Positions 1-12,889 of a DNA stretch of 64,000 nucleotides are shown in pieces. How positions within the stretch are numbered: the stretch's first letter is position 1; each line of letters starts with the position of its first letter. Origin of the DNA: Callorhinchus milii (lineage: Eukaryota). Both the position numbers and the translations under genes were made by a program. Where the stretch lies: positions 4,156,001-4,220,000 of the forward strand of contig NW_024704743.1 in NCBI RefSeq assembly GCF_018977255.1, in the 5' to 3' direction. The notes below the pieces were generated by a model. That model had not been told where the DNA came from, searched no databases, and saw nothing but the letters and a program-made list of their open reading frames with translations.

Positions 1-3000
1 AGTGTTTATTATTATTATTTATGAAATGGCTGCCTCGTTTTCCTACAAAAACAGTCACTACGCTTGACAATAATTACACGTAAAGAGACGGTTGGAGGTG
101 TCTGATGCATAACCAGCTCAAACCGCACAGGTTGCCCTTGATGTCACCGCCTGGAAGCTCTCCCCGCTACTTAATTAGCAAGAACAACCCAGCTGTTAAG
201 GCTTCGGCTTGCAGGGTTAACAGGAGCTGAGCGGGAAGAATCTCTACCCGCAATCTGCGCCTCGAAGCCCTAGAGATGATCCAAGGTCACCAGCGGTGTC
301 CTGGAGCACCGCAGACGCCGCCCGGCTCAGGAACCAGATGACCGAGACTGCCACATTCTGTTGCCAAAGCAAGTCACCTTGGAGGCCGTTCAACCCCAAA
401 GGAGATCCCACTAACCTTCTGCTCCCCCTCTCCCCATGGGAATAATTCTCCTGTTAAATGAACTAAGTTAATAAAAATCCTAGCGTTTGACCCAGTGCCT
501 TTCATTTCGGGAGGAGGACACCTCAAAACCACTTTAAAGGATATATTGTTAAGTGTAGTGACTGTGTATTTTGTGGCGCGCTACCAAGATATTTGTCTTG
601 GAACTGAACAGATTCGAGGTAAGTCTCTACTTTCGCTCAATGCAGTTATGATATTCCTTTATGTTTTGTTCTTTTCTTAGCCGAGTTTAGCCAATTCATT
701 TGTTAAATAAATGTTGCGTGATGCGAGACATCAAATGAAATTAATATTGTGCAGTCTCTTTGAATCAGAGGTATCCTTTAATGTAAATTGAATTGTTTTA
801 AAAGTTCAAACATTAAATAAACCATCTAAAAGGCATCAGCTTTCGCATCATTATGAAGGATAATGAAGCTCTATAGCTAAGCGACTCACAGCAGAGACTT
901 ATTTTAAAGAAAGAACTTTGCAGTAAATCCTGTGAAGCGCTTTGAGATGTCGTCCTGGCATGAAAGGGGCTATATCAGATGTGAGAATTATTATTATTCA
1001 CTTGCATTTTTTTTAACGGCTTACCATTTGCCATTTTTAGAATGCCTTTTATAACGCCTTATCACTTCGAAACTTCTCACGGCACTTCACAGGCAAAGCA
1101 CTTCAAGAATTTTTACAGCGTTGCCAAATTGTTTTAACACCTCAGACTACTCACCGCCACCTTCGCTCACCTGGCTCAGGTCTTCTGTACGTTCCTCGTG
1201 CCCTCCGCTCCACTATTGTCGGTCGTGCTTTCAGCCACGGTGCCCCAAATCCCTGGAACTCTGTGCTTCAATCCCTTCACCTTCCCCTCTCTTTGCCTGT
1301 CATCAAATCACACCTGAAGACTTTCCCCTTCGACTGTACCTCGTATCACCTCCCCTCTCTTTCCAGCTCGGCGTCAAACCAGACCACTGATCAGTGCTCT
1401 GTGACGCCATGCAAGTTGTTGCTGTTAAAGAGCTTCACAGCTCATCACTGCAAAGTGTAGTGACTGGTTTTGGAGCAGCCGTTTACACGGGGGAGATCCC
1501 ACAGACAGCCACGGGGAGAAGAGCCTATTCATCTGGGGGACGGTTGGCCAGGACACTAAGGAGAAAACCTGTTTTTTTTTTTTGAACAGTGTTTTTAAAG
1601 CATTCATTTGAAAAGCAAGCAGGAAAAACTTGTCACGTAGGAACCACAATTTTTGCTTAAGATTAGGAGGTCTGTTCCGCACGGTGCTCTCTCGAAGCAG
1701 CAAAAATCTATTCTGTTGTGCTTCTAAGCGCGTGTGTCGCAATTTGATATGTACAATTTAATTTTACATTTCGAATGTAATGTTCCGATTTAAATTGCAT
1801 TGCTCATTTATAATGGAGCTATGGAAAAGTATAACACAGCAAGAGGTCGTCAGCCCATTTTTTTTTCATGTCGGAGTTCGTTCCTCCAAGAAGCCGTCCA
1901 TTTCATCCCAATTCCCAGCTCTTTCCCTGTACCCTCATAAAGTCGATACAACAATTGTTCCTCGTCTCCCCGTCGTCCTCGTGAACCTACATTGTCCCTT
2001 CTGAGCTGTCCCCCTCTCCGTAGCTCTCCGCGTCCTATCTGTAATTGTTAGTCGATCAGTGGATCGCTTTTTGGGGGATAATAATTCCTTCCAAAAATAA
2101 AAAAATAAATGAATAATAATAATAATTGGTCACTCAATCCGACGGCGTTTGTGGGACGCCGCTGTGCGCGATTGGCTGCCGCGTTTCGCCCACAAAATGC
2201 GCAGTCAATTCACTTTACGGTCTATTCTGTGAAGCGCTTTGAGACGTCTCAACAGCGTGATGAGGCGCTACATCGAATGCAAGGATTGTTATTATTATCT
2301 CAACCACACTTCACAGTTCTGGACCCGAGCTACGGGTGAGACGAAAACCCTTTCTTCTGCAATTGTTAGTTCAATTCTCCTATAAATGTCTCAATCCAGT
2401 CTGGTCTAACAACCGGCGCAAGCAAACCATTCGATAGTCCAACAACTCTTTGGGAGTTCTTCTGAACCTCTGCTTTTGCAATCTCTCCCAAGTTCCTCAG
2501 TCACAACCTTGACTTCACACCCTCTTGTCCCTTTAGTAGCAGAAAGAGCTCCTGATGATTAATTCTTTCAAACTCTTTCGTTAAGCTTAACAACAACGTG
2601 CATTTATACAGCGCCCCCTCATGTAGGGTAGCGGCCCAGGGCTTGAACACCTGCCTGTTCCAATGGGGACCTCAACCTTCTCTGCTCCAATGCAAAGAGT
2701 CCTATCTCCTGGTTCCTCGTCCCTGTCATCCTACATTGTCCTTTCTGAGCTGTCCCCCTCTCCGTAGCTCTCCGCTTCCTATCTGTAATGTGGCGCCCAT
2801 AACTGCGCACAATATTCCAGGTGTAGCCCATAACGACGACAACAAGTTGCATTTATATCGCGCCCTTCACGCGGGTTAGGGTTTCGGAAACGTTTACCAA
2901 CGTCTTTCATGGATTCATGTGACACGGCAGGAAATGCACTAAACTTACCGAACGTGGCAGATTAGAGCTTCCGCAACAATTAAACAAATCCGTTAGCGTT

Positions 3001-3074
3001 CTGTGCCACCGTTTTTGTCAGCGTTAGGTACAGGTGGGCGAGAGGCAAGGTTAAACTGGTTAAGTTGGTTAAAC

Positions 3075-4170
3075 AACAACAACAACAACAACAACTTACA
3101 TTTGTGACACGCTTCATGTCAGGAAGATGTCCCAAGGTATTGGACAGTCAGGGATCTGCACCCGAGCTGGTGGTTGGGATCAGGAGGGGTGGAGGGTGGG
3201 GCGGAGTAAGGGTAGGAGGGTGATCGAAGGCGCGGGCGAAGATGTCGGGTCGTGAAGGAGGCGAGGGAGGGGGTGAGGGCGGAGGGACTGTGGGATGGAG
3301 TTCCAGAGGGTGAGGGCAGAGAGGCTGAATGCCCGCCTACCAATGGGGACGTGAAGCAGGCCGGAGCTAGCTGAGCCGAGTGAGTGGACAGGTTGGTAAG
3401 GTGTTAGGAGGTCACAGAGGTAGGGAGAAGCAAGGCCGTGAAGGGCTTTGAGGGTGAGGACCAGGATCTTGAACTGTATCCTCTTGTGTGATGGGAAGCC
3501 AATGGAGTTGGGTGAGGATGAGGGTGATAGGGTTGCTGAGCCTGGTGTGGGAGAGGATTCGGGCTACTAATCTGCACCCTACGAAGGGAGGAGTTGCGGA
3601 GGTCAACAAGCAGGGAGTTTGCGTAGTCGAGCCTGAATGTGATGAATGAGTGTATGAGGGTCTCGGCGGCCTACAGTGTAAGACAGTGGTGGAACCAGAC
3701 AATGTTGCAGAGGTGGGGAAAGGGGGAGCAGGACGTGGCACAGATGTGGTGGATGAAGGACAGTTGAGGGTCGAACAGGACGCCGAGGTTCCATATTGGC
3801 TCCGTGAGGTGTAGAGTGCAACCATGAAGGGTGATATTGTCAGCGCCCGAGGTGTGGAGGCGCTGATGGGAGCCGAGCAGGAGAGCCTCGGTCTTGTTGA
3901 CGTTCAACTGGAGAAAGTTTGCTCTCATCCAGGACTTGATGTCCGACAGGCAGTCCGTGAGGACAGCAGTGGAGGGTGGAGTCGAGGGTGGAGGCGGAGA
4001 GATAGAGCTGTACATGTGGAAGTTGACCCCGTGCTTACGGACACTGTGACCAAGAGCGAGCATGTTAATGTTGAAAAGGAGGGGACCAAGAACAGAGCCC
4101 TGAGGGACGCCACGTGTGAGCAGGGAGGGGAAGCCGTAGGTGGAGACAAAGTGGAGATGGCAAGGCCAGG
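3075..4170 (-). mobile_element. L2-clade LINE, 5'-truncated 3' fragment (RT C-terminus + (GTT)n tail), degenerate
   Basis: Minus-strand translations HGVNFHMY..CLSDIKSWMRANFLQLNVNKTEALL and LHWLPITQ; (caa)n tail near 3075-3095. Confidence 0.9.
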
Positions 4171-4300
4171 TTAGGGAAGGGTGAGCTGAGAGGACTCCAG
4201 CAAGTACCCGAACGACTGGAGGTCAGCAGGCAGGCGCCAGTGTGGATTAAGATAAGCCAAAAGCCATCGCATAACCATGAAATGTCACTGTGTCTTTCAG

Positions 4301-4415
4301 GAGTTTGCTGATGCAGTTTTCCGGCTGGTCACAGAGAAATTCAGAGATCTGACAGACAATTTCACCTCCTCACACGCGCGGCATAAAGTACTGGCAGGAA
4401 TTGTAATGACCAGAG
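4301..4415 (+). CDS. ADARB2: ADARB2 coding exon (115 nt): [38 protein letters not shown](G)
   Basis: Acceptor tgtctttcag|GAG, donor AGAG|gtaaga; matches the start of the ADAR deaminase domain. Confidence 0.95.
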
Positions 4416-5440
4416 GTAAGACGGGTTCGAACCTTGAAAAGGGGGCTGTTATCTTCCTCGGTTACCAAGGTATTCACAGCCATTCAGGATGTGCATTTTC
4501 CTCCATTTGTCTTTTCACCTGCCCAATGGAACAAAAAAAAAAGCCCGACTGCACATTCACGGCCCTGGGTGTTCTGAGTGAGTATTCATACATGCTTCGG
4601 ATGAGACGTTAAACCGAGGCTCCCGTCTGACTGTTCAGGTCGACGTTAATGATCCCGCGGCACTATTCGAAAAGAGAAAAGGGAGTTTCTCTCTCTTCCG
4701 CTGTCCCGGCCAACAATATCTCCGAATAAAATCGGTCACTTTACTCCATGGCTGTTTGTGAACAGGTGGACAGGGCCTCAGTTTCATGTCTCATCCAAAA
4801 GGATGGATTATACTTCCATAGATACACAGACATAGAAGCGGGAGTAGGATATTCAGGCCCTCGAACGTGTTTGGCCATTTTATAAGATCACGGCCGATCT
4901 ACACCTCAAGTCCAATAACCCGGCCTTTTACCCCAAATCTCTTAATACCCTGACCCAGCAAATATTTTTACGGCTGGGGAGCAGAGGGCTTGGTTGGACT
5001 GACTGAAGGATCTTTTCTCTGTTCAGTGATTTCCCACAAAATCAATCAGTTGCTATGGGACGTGTGGTTCTTTTGCTCCATTCAGTAACTTCCACAAAAT
5101 CTGTCTTGTGTGCTTTTAAATCACTGCCGTGCAATAGCAACGTAAATCAAATTACTTAGCAAATTATAAGTTTAAATCTTCATTACAGTCAATTTTCCCC
5201 GCTGACAGTGTCAGACCTGAAAAAATTGTACCGCTGCGAAACCAGAATAATGCACGCGCACAAAAAAAAGTTGAGTTTACACCTAAAGATAATCTCTCTC
5301 CCCTCCCCCTCCCCGGATCAGGCCTTTTCTCACTCTCTGGAACTCCAACCCGCAGTCCCTTCGACCCATCTCCTCCCTCATCTCATTCAAGTTCTGTCTC
5401 AAGACCTACCTCTTTGATCGTGTTTCGGTTACTTTTATCA

Positions 5441-5795
5441 TAATAATAATAATCCTTGGTTTGATACAGCGCCTTATCACGTCTTCGAGGCGTCTCAATG
5501 CGCTTCACAGGGTACACCGCAGAGTGAATTTGACTGTATGTTTTGCGGGTGAAACGCGGCAGCCAATTGCGCACAGCAGCGTCCCGCACAAACAGCGGTG
5601 GATTGCAGTGAACAATTTATTATTATTAATTTTTTGAAGGAATTATTACCCCCGGAAAAGCGAGCCGCCAATAGACTAACAACCGGGTTCCTACTTATTA
5701 CACAGAGGCGTGTGGAGTGAAGGAAACTTGCCCAACATTTCGCTCTGCCCGGGAATCGAACCCAGGTATCTCGCTTGCGAGGCGAGTGCTCTAAT
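5441..5795 (-). mobile_element. tRNA-headed SINE (long variant)
   Basis: B-box ggttcgattccc, shared body gctgtgcgcaattggctgccgcgtttc, tail caaggat(tat)n. Confidence 0.88.
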
Positions 5796-6584
5796 CTTCC
5801 GTCTGGAGTTGGCATTGGCGTGAACAGATATGGCACATTATTTATGTAATATTTAATTATTTAATTCCCTCCCTCCCTCCCTACCTCCTTATTGTTCTCG
5901 TTTGAGAAATCTTGACTGGTTTAATTCTATGCAATTATTTTTTTTTTAAAAAAAATCTCAGCAAGAGGAAATAAAATCTCTCTGCGAGTCCATCTTCATC
6001 TCGGGCCGTGGGTTTTGGCTTCCTTGTGAATCTGTCGCAGTCTGACTCCGTTTCCTCAGGTCCCTTTGTGAAAGTGACAATCACGTCCACTGTGAAAGCG
6101 GACGGACGGATCGATGCTACTATTCTGCAGCGCAGCAGGATAAAGGAGCTGTCCTTTGATTGTACCGCTCCGTACAAGCAATTTCATCACTTCCCTGCAA
6201 AAGGGGGTGAGATGAGAGACATCGCTTTGACAACGCGCAAACGGGTCATGAAAGACGTGCAAAAACCGGAGCTTGCACGCAGAACAGCGCCTGGGTTGTT
6301 TTTTATTCTTGGTCGGTCGAGCGAGTGTCGGCCGACGTGTGCGGAAGGAACCACCACCACCACAACAAAATGACATTTGTACAGCCCTTTCACGTCGGGG
6401 ACTGTCCCAAGGCGCTGGTGTGTGCGATTGAGCTGCCGCGTTTCGCCCACAAGATATACAATCAATTCGCCTCGCAGTATATTCTGTCAGGCGCTTTGAG
6501 ACGTCCCGAAGACGTGATCAGGCGCTGTGTCAAAATGCAAGGAGTATTACTATTTTGGTAGCTTATCAAACATTTTATAATTTG

Positions 6585-6930
6585 CAGTTGAACAAGACTG
6601 CACGTAGCCTCGGTGTTGACTGAGCCAAGAGAGTGGCCGGGTGGGTAGGATTGAAGTAGGTCGTGGAGGAAGTAAGGAAGGGTGAGACCACGGAACAAGG
6701 ATCTTGAATTAAAAAAAATCTGCTGGGAGATGGGGAGCTAATGGAGCCAAGCGAGGATGGAGATGATAGACTTGCGGAGAGAGACTGGTGCGGGAGAGGA
6801 CACAGGGAGTAGAGTTCTGGGTAGTATGGGTTAGGGAAGCGAGGCATTAGCATTGTCAAGCCTGGACAGAATGTGCGATGAAAGCGTGGATGAGGAAAAG
6901 GATAGTGGCGGGGGTAGGCAATGCGGGTGG
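6585..6930 (-). mobile_element. Old L2 fragment
   Basis: Similar to the other L2 copies (ggatcttgaa..gatggggagc.aatggagc). Confidence 0.6.
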
Positions 6931-7014
6931 GGCCAGAAGTTCTTCGAAACTCTTCATTTTAATCCTTTAAAGCCTTGCATTTGGGATAGCGCCCTAGCAC
7001 GTTGTTGAGATAAC

Positions 7015-7470
7015 AATAATAAACCCTTTGCATCTCGTATAGCGCCTTATCACGCCTTCGGGGTCGCCTCAAAGAGCTTCACAGGATATGCTCCAAAGTG
7101 GATTGACGATATTTCGGTGGCAAAATGCGGGAGTGAGCTGCGTACAGCAGCGTCCCACAAACAGTCGTGCAGTGAAGTGGCCGACATTTTTTAAATAACA
7201 TTTTTGTGGCCACTGTAGACCGGGACACCATGAGGAAACTCCCTTCCCTTCCAAATGTGCCACGGCAAACTTTACTATCCACCCGAACAGGCAGGTGGGT
7301 CCTCAGGTTAATGTCTCATCCGAAGGACGGTGCCACAGATACAATGCAATACGCCCCCAGCACTGCGTTGGAAAGTCATCTTAGACGATGTCACTCTAAG
7401 TCCCGACGTGGGGCTTGAACCCGCAACCTTCTGACTCGGAGGTGAGAGCGCTAACCCACCGAGCCAGGCT
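7015..7470 (-). mobile_element. Older Deu-type SINE (resembles shark SacSINE1/AmnSINE1 group)
   Basis: ctct.acctc.gagtcagaaggttgcgggttcaagcccc head; ccgtccttcggatgagacattaa core; same 3' body as the younger SINE. Confidence 0.75.
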
Positions 7471-7956
7471 GCTAGCGAACCTGGGCTCAAGCTTTCAGAG
7501 GGACCGAGTGCAGCCCTGTCGGCTCAATCGCGTGCGGTTAACGTGTCTGCTGAGGGCTGGGAGTGGTGGGGGAAGACTTGAGTCGGGTCAAATGCAGCGC
7601 GAGTTAACGGAACCAAATCCGTGACAACCCGTCACCTCGTTTAAGTGAGGTGTGCGTGACAGCGCTGGTAACCAACTGAAATCTCAATGAATTGCTCAGC
7701 AGCACTTAAAACTGCAGGGCTATGACTTCTAATGCAGTTGGGCTACAGAGGGCCTGATACAAACGATGCAATTTCACCCTCTGTGAACTCGAGGGGTACT
7801 GTCTCGTCTGAGATTATATAAAAAGAAACAACCGTGCGCAATTACGATGGATTTTTTTTCGGGTGGGGGGGGGGGGGGGGAATTCTCGTCACCCGGAAAG
7901 GTTCTGGCAAAAAAGGGAGCAAATTATTTTTAAAGAATTAATTTTTCCTGCCCAAT

Positions 7957-7996
<40 letters not shown>

Positions 7997-8419
7997 GCTC
8001 TCTGTCTATCTCTGTGAACGTGTGACCTTCGTATAATTGAGTAGAAATTAGGGTGAAAGATGACTGAAAGGGCCGGCGGAGGGATAGGTTCTTGGGTCGA
8101 CCTGCCTCGGTGGGTTCGCACTCTCACCTCTGAGTCAGGGGGACGTGAAACGACGAAATGAACAGAAATCGGGGGTGAATTTGGACTCGGTGGGGCTGTA
8201 AAGCACTCCCGTACTTATCCCACAAAATATGCGGTCAGTTCACTTTACAGTATATCCTGGGAAGCGCTTTGAGACGTCTCGAAGGCGTGATCAGGCGCTG
8301 TATCAAATGCGAGGATTATTATTATTATCTTCAAGACACTACCCCATTCTGAGTTACTGGGTTCTGAAGGACCTTGATGGAAGTTAAGGGTCTTTTGAAG
8401 CTCACCGTTTATGAGGAGT

Positions 8420-8700
8420 ATTAAAAAAGGATAATTAAAAGAGGCAGAGAGCATAAAAGTAGGGAAGTCGTATTAAAATGATATGAAACCCTGGTTAGGC
8501 CACGTTTCGAGTGCTGCGTGCGGTTCTGGTGACCGTATTGTAAATGGGACATTGAAGCGTTGGAGGGAATAGATTTACAAGAATGATTGACGAGGATTTG
8601 AGTGGTCGCAGCTACCAAGGAAGATTGGACAAGTTGGAGCTTTTTCTCCGGAGAGCTGAGACAATTGAGAGGAGACCTGATAAGAGTGTTCGCAAAAGCC
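8420..8700 (+). mobile_element. CR1-clade LINE fragment
   Basis: ctggttaggccacg..gagtgctgcgtgcggttctgg (LVRP..C.RFW) and ttgagaggagacctgataagagt (LRGDLI). Confidence 0.75.
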
Positions 8701-9289
8701 AGAGGACCCCGGTTCGGTTCTCGGGAGGGGCAAAGCCTTAGGCAAGTTTCCTTACTCCGCACTCCTCTGTTTACCAAGCAGTGAGTAGGAACCCGGTATC
8801 ATTCACCTCGTAGTTGTTCGTGGGACACTGCTGTGCGTAGGGTGGATGTCGTGTTTGTCCACAAATACAGCAGCTTTGCTGTGAAACGCTTTTGAGGCAC
8901 TGTTAGCCACTCGATCCACGACTGTTTGTGGGGACGCTGCTGTGCGCAATTGGCTGCCACGAAATACACAGTCAACCCACTTTACTATTTATTCCGTGAA
9001 GCGCTTTGAGACGTTTCAACGACGTGATAAAGCACGATATCAAATGCAAAGATTATTATTATTATTATTATTATTTTTATTATTTGTTGACGAATTTAAA
9101 ACGAGGCGGGAGGGTGGGGGGTGGGGGGGCAGGAATATTAGTAAATGGGAGATCCGCTAATGTTTCTGAGGATAAGAGCGGTTTTAGGAGGTACATTATG
9201 CAGAGGGTGGTGAGAATGTGGAGCTCGCTGTGGGAAGCTGTGGTCGAAGCAAAACAAAAAGCATCAGAGTATTTAGGACGAAGCTTGAC

Positions 9290-9780
9290 ACAACAACAAC
9301 AACTTGCCTTTATACAGCGCCTCTCACACAGGGTAGCGTCCCAGAGCGCTTCACACGACTCCAACCCGGGGGGAGGAAGAGGGGAAGGTGACCGTAGGCA
9401 CGGTCAAATAGGAAGGTCTTCAAACGCGACCTGAAAATGGGGAAGGAAGGGGCGAGGCGGAGGGATCGAGGAAGAGCGTTCCAGAGTTTCGGGGCTTAGC
9501 GGCTGAAATGGCAGCCGCCTGTGGTGGAACAGAAGTCACGGGGGACACGCAGAAGGCCACAGCCAGGCGAGCGGAGGCAGTGGGTTGTGGGTTTGTGTGG
9601 GGGGTGGGGGGGGGGGGGGTAAGCAGGTGGGAGAGGGAAGGAGGTTCCAGGGCACAAACGGGTTTGAAAACGAGTGTGAGGCTCTTGAAATGGACCCGTT
9701 CGGTGATGGGGAGTCAGCAGGGCCTGGTTAGAACTGGCGTGATGGGGGTACGGAGTTTAGTACGGGTGAGTAGGGAGGGA
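9290..9780 (-). mobile_element. L2 3' fragment, second subfamily (tail ..ctaccctgtgtg.gaggcgctgtataa..aagttgttg)
   Basis: Matches the copies at 32275-32745 (+) and 45935-46305 (-). Confidence 0.75.
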
Positions 9781-10288
9781 GAAGGGAATAGAAGAGGTAT
9801 AGGCTCCGGTGTTTCGAGGCACTACCCAAGGCGAAGGGCGCTGTATAAATGTGCGTCGTCGTTGTTGTATAGGAAAGGGCAATGGGAGGGGTGGAGAATT
9901 TGGTGTGGGGTATAAACACTTGCATGGACTTGTTGATTGAAATAAATGGCTTTTGCAAAAAAATATATAAAACCGTAAAAAAACCTGATGGCTCAAATAC
10001 TCCGTGGAAAAACTCACTCACCCTTCGGGGAAGCGAGTTCGTCCTGTGTGGATGCTCTCACCGACTCACTCGGCTCAGATTAGAAACAGCGCTCTCTGAT
10101 TACGATAAATGATGATATGATAGCTGTTATTATGCGGGCGGGAGAATAGTCCTGGAGGAGAAGGCAGAAGCTGGTATACAACAACAATAACTTGCATTAC
10201 TTGTGGAGTCCTGTAGTGTTAGTGCGTTCACCTCGCAAGCGAGAGGACTCGGGTTCAGTGTCTCCACTTCCTTTTTAAATGTCATTTT

Positions 10289-10605
10289 GGAGTCCTGTAG
10301 CTCAGTGGTTAGAGCACTCGCTTTGCAAGTGAGAGACCTGAGTTCAATTCCAGGCAGAGGGCGAAACCTTGGGCAAGTTTCCTTACTCCACACGTCTAAT
10401 AATAATCCCTCCCAAACCAAAACAATAATAAATTGGTCATTTTCAATCTACGACTGTTTGTGGGACATTGCTGTGCGCAATTGGCTGCCGCGTTCGCCCA
10501 CTCACTTTACAGTGTGTTCTGTGAAGCGCTTTGGGACGTCCTCCCGACGTGAAAAGCGCTATATCAAATGCAAGGATTATTATTATTATTATTATTATTA
10601 TTATT
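10289..10605 (+). mobile_element. tRNA-headed SINE (short variant), full length
   Basis: ggagtcctgtagctcagtggttagagc (A box), B box, body and (TTA)n tail. Confidence 0.92.
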
Positions 10606-10962
10606 TCATAAAATGCAGCGGAGTCCTGTCGAGTATTGGTTCGGTGCACTCGCCTCGCAAGCGAGAGGACCCGGGTTCCATTCCCGGACCGGGCAGATCA
10701 CGTTCTGGGGGTAATAATCCCTTAAAATAATAATAATAATAATAATAATAATTTGGTCACTCAATCCACGGCTGTTTGTTGGTCACTGCGGTGTGCAATC
10801 GGCTGCCGCGCTTCACCCACAATATACAGAGTCAATTCGCATCACAGAATGCGCTGCGAAGCCTTCTGAGACGTCGCGACGACTTGATAAGGCGCTAAAT
10901 CAAATGCCAGGATCGTTTATTTGTTAACATTAAAATCTCTTTTCTCCCGTTTCTTCTCTCAG

Positions 10963-11131
10963 GTCCAAACGTAAAGGAAGCCCAGGTGGTGGCGCTATCG
11001 ACGGGGACAAAGTGTTTGAGCGGAGAGCACATTAGTGACCAGGGGCTGACGCTCAACGATTGCCACGCGGAAGTGGTGACGCGGAGATCTTTCCTGCGGT
11101 TCCTCTACTCTCAGCTGGAGCTCCATCTAAG
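10963..11131 (+). CDS. ADARB2: ADARB2 coding exon (169 nt) with catalytic CHAE motif: [56 protein letters not shown](S)
   Basis: Polypyrimidine tract + ag at 10961-10962, donor AG|gtaagc; CHAE codons at 11061-11072; GTKC motif. Confidence 0.96.
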
Positions 11132-11315
11132 GTAAGCCGGGTACCCATAAGTCGTCCTCGCTCAGGAACGTTGTCTTGTCTCTGCCCGATAGCCTCATCA
11201 GGAGATCAGCCTGGCTCGTTCGCCTGCGAGTCGGAGGATGTGGTTTCCAAGCTCCAGTGCAGTGCTGGGGTTGTTCGTTGCCTTTGTGAAGGTCCTACCC
11301 TTCAGATGAGATGTT

Positions 11316-11638
11316 ATAATAATAATAATAATCCTTGCATTTGATATAGAGCTTTTCACGTCTTCTCGACGTCTCAAAGCGCTTCACAGAATATACTGTA
11401 AAGTGAATTGACTGTATATTTGTGGGCGAACGCGGCAGCCAATTGCGCACAGCAGTGTCCCACAAACAGTCGTGGATTGAAAATGACCAATTTATTATTG
11501 TTTTTGGTTTTGGAGGGATTATTATTAGGCTCTGTGTGGAGTAAGGAAACTTGCCCAAGGTTTCGCCCTCTGCCGGGAATTGAACTCAGGTCTCTCACTT
11601 GCAAAGCGAGTGGTCTAACCACTGAGCTACAGGACTCC
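11316..11638 (-). mobile_element. tRNA-headed SINE (short variant), full length, nested inside an older Deu-type SINE (~11215-11900, +)
   Basis: Reverse complement nearly identical to 10289-10605; the flanks continue an older SINE (cagatgagatgtt | aggtctcgtctgtctgttc). Confidence 0.92.
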
Positions 11639-12520
11639 ACCTGTAGCTCCAAGGTCTCGTCTGTCTGTTCAAGTAAAGGCTAAGGATTCCTTGGCACTGT
11701 TCAAAAAAAAGAGAAGCATGTTTCTCGCAGTATTCTGGCCAACGTTCCCCCCACCCACCACCTCTAAAATGACCTTTCACTTCATGGACATCGCTCTGCG
11801 CAGATTGGCTTTTGTGTTTGTCTACAAATACACAGAAGTACGCTGTAAATTGCTTTGAGACATCTCGAAGACATCATAAGGTCAAACGCAAGGATTATTA
11901 TTTGTTTAACCTTAGGCAGCAGACCAAAAATGAGCAGATGTCTTCAAAGATCGTGGCTATAGAGCGTTCTTCATAGTATCCCTCCAAATGTCACTGATAT
12001 TTTGGGGGGAGAAATTCCACCCGGCTCTAGATTTAATCCACGTATGTGGCGTTTTGGAGAGTCGAGAATTTGGGCAAATTTTTGAATGCATCCTTAATAT
12101 TGAAGCCAAATTTTGATGTGATCAATCTAGTCTACCTCAGATAAACTTGGTCATTCACTTCATGGATGTTTCTGTGACACTGATACGCACAATTTGGCTA
12201 CCACATTCACCTACGAAATACACTGTCGGTACCCTTTACAATACATCCAGTGAAACTTGTTGAGACATCCTTCTGATGTGAATGGCGCTGCATCAAATGC
12301 AAGGATTATCATTATTATTGCCCATCCAATTTAAAAGATTTCCTCAAAACAGCCATACTATCATCTAAGAACTCTGAATCCTTTTGACTTCCAAAAACAC
12401 GTTATCTGGTTCCTTCCTTGAAACGGTTTAGACTATTTCCACAGATCAGCACAGAGTTGGCAGTGAGAGGGCATAAATTAAAGATAATCACAATTATAAC
12501 AAGGACCACTTCTGTTTATA

Positions 12521-12889
12521 CAATAATAATCCTTGCATTTGATATAGCGCCTCATCGCATCATCGAGACGCCTCAAAGCGCTTCACGGAATATACTGTAA
12601 CGTGAATTGACTGTATATTTTGTGGGCGAAACGCGGCAGACGATTGCGCACAGCAGCGTCCCCACAAACAGCGGTGGATTGATTGACCAAATTATTATTT
12701 TTTGAAGGGATTATTACCCCCGGAAAAGCGATCCCGCCAATTGACTAACAACCGGGTTCCTACTTACTGCTCGGGAAACAGGCGTGTGGAGTAAGGAAAC
12801 TTGCCCTAACGTTTCACCCTCCCCAGGAATCTAACTCAGGTCATTTCACTTGCGAGGCGGGTGCTCTAACCACTGAGCTGCAGGACTCC
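12521..12889 (-). mobile_element. tRNA-headed SINE (long variant), full length
   Basis: Head, middle segment (agtaagtaggaacccggttgttagtc), body, tail. Confidence 0.9.

Noticed and set aside
10203..10730. Recurring ORF peptides such as AVRNWLPRF and CKDYYY (also 8942, 33195, 40194, 61903 and others)
   Set aside because: Translations of the non-coding SINE body and (TTA)n tail, not a gene family
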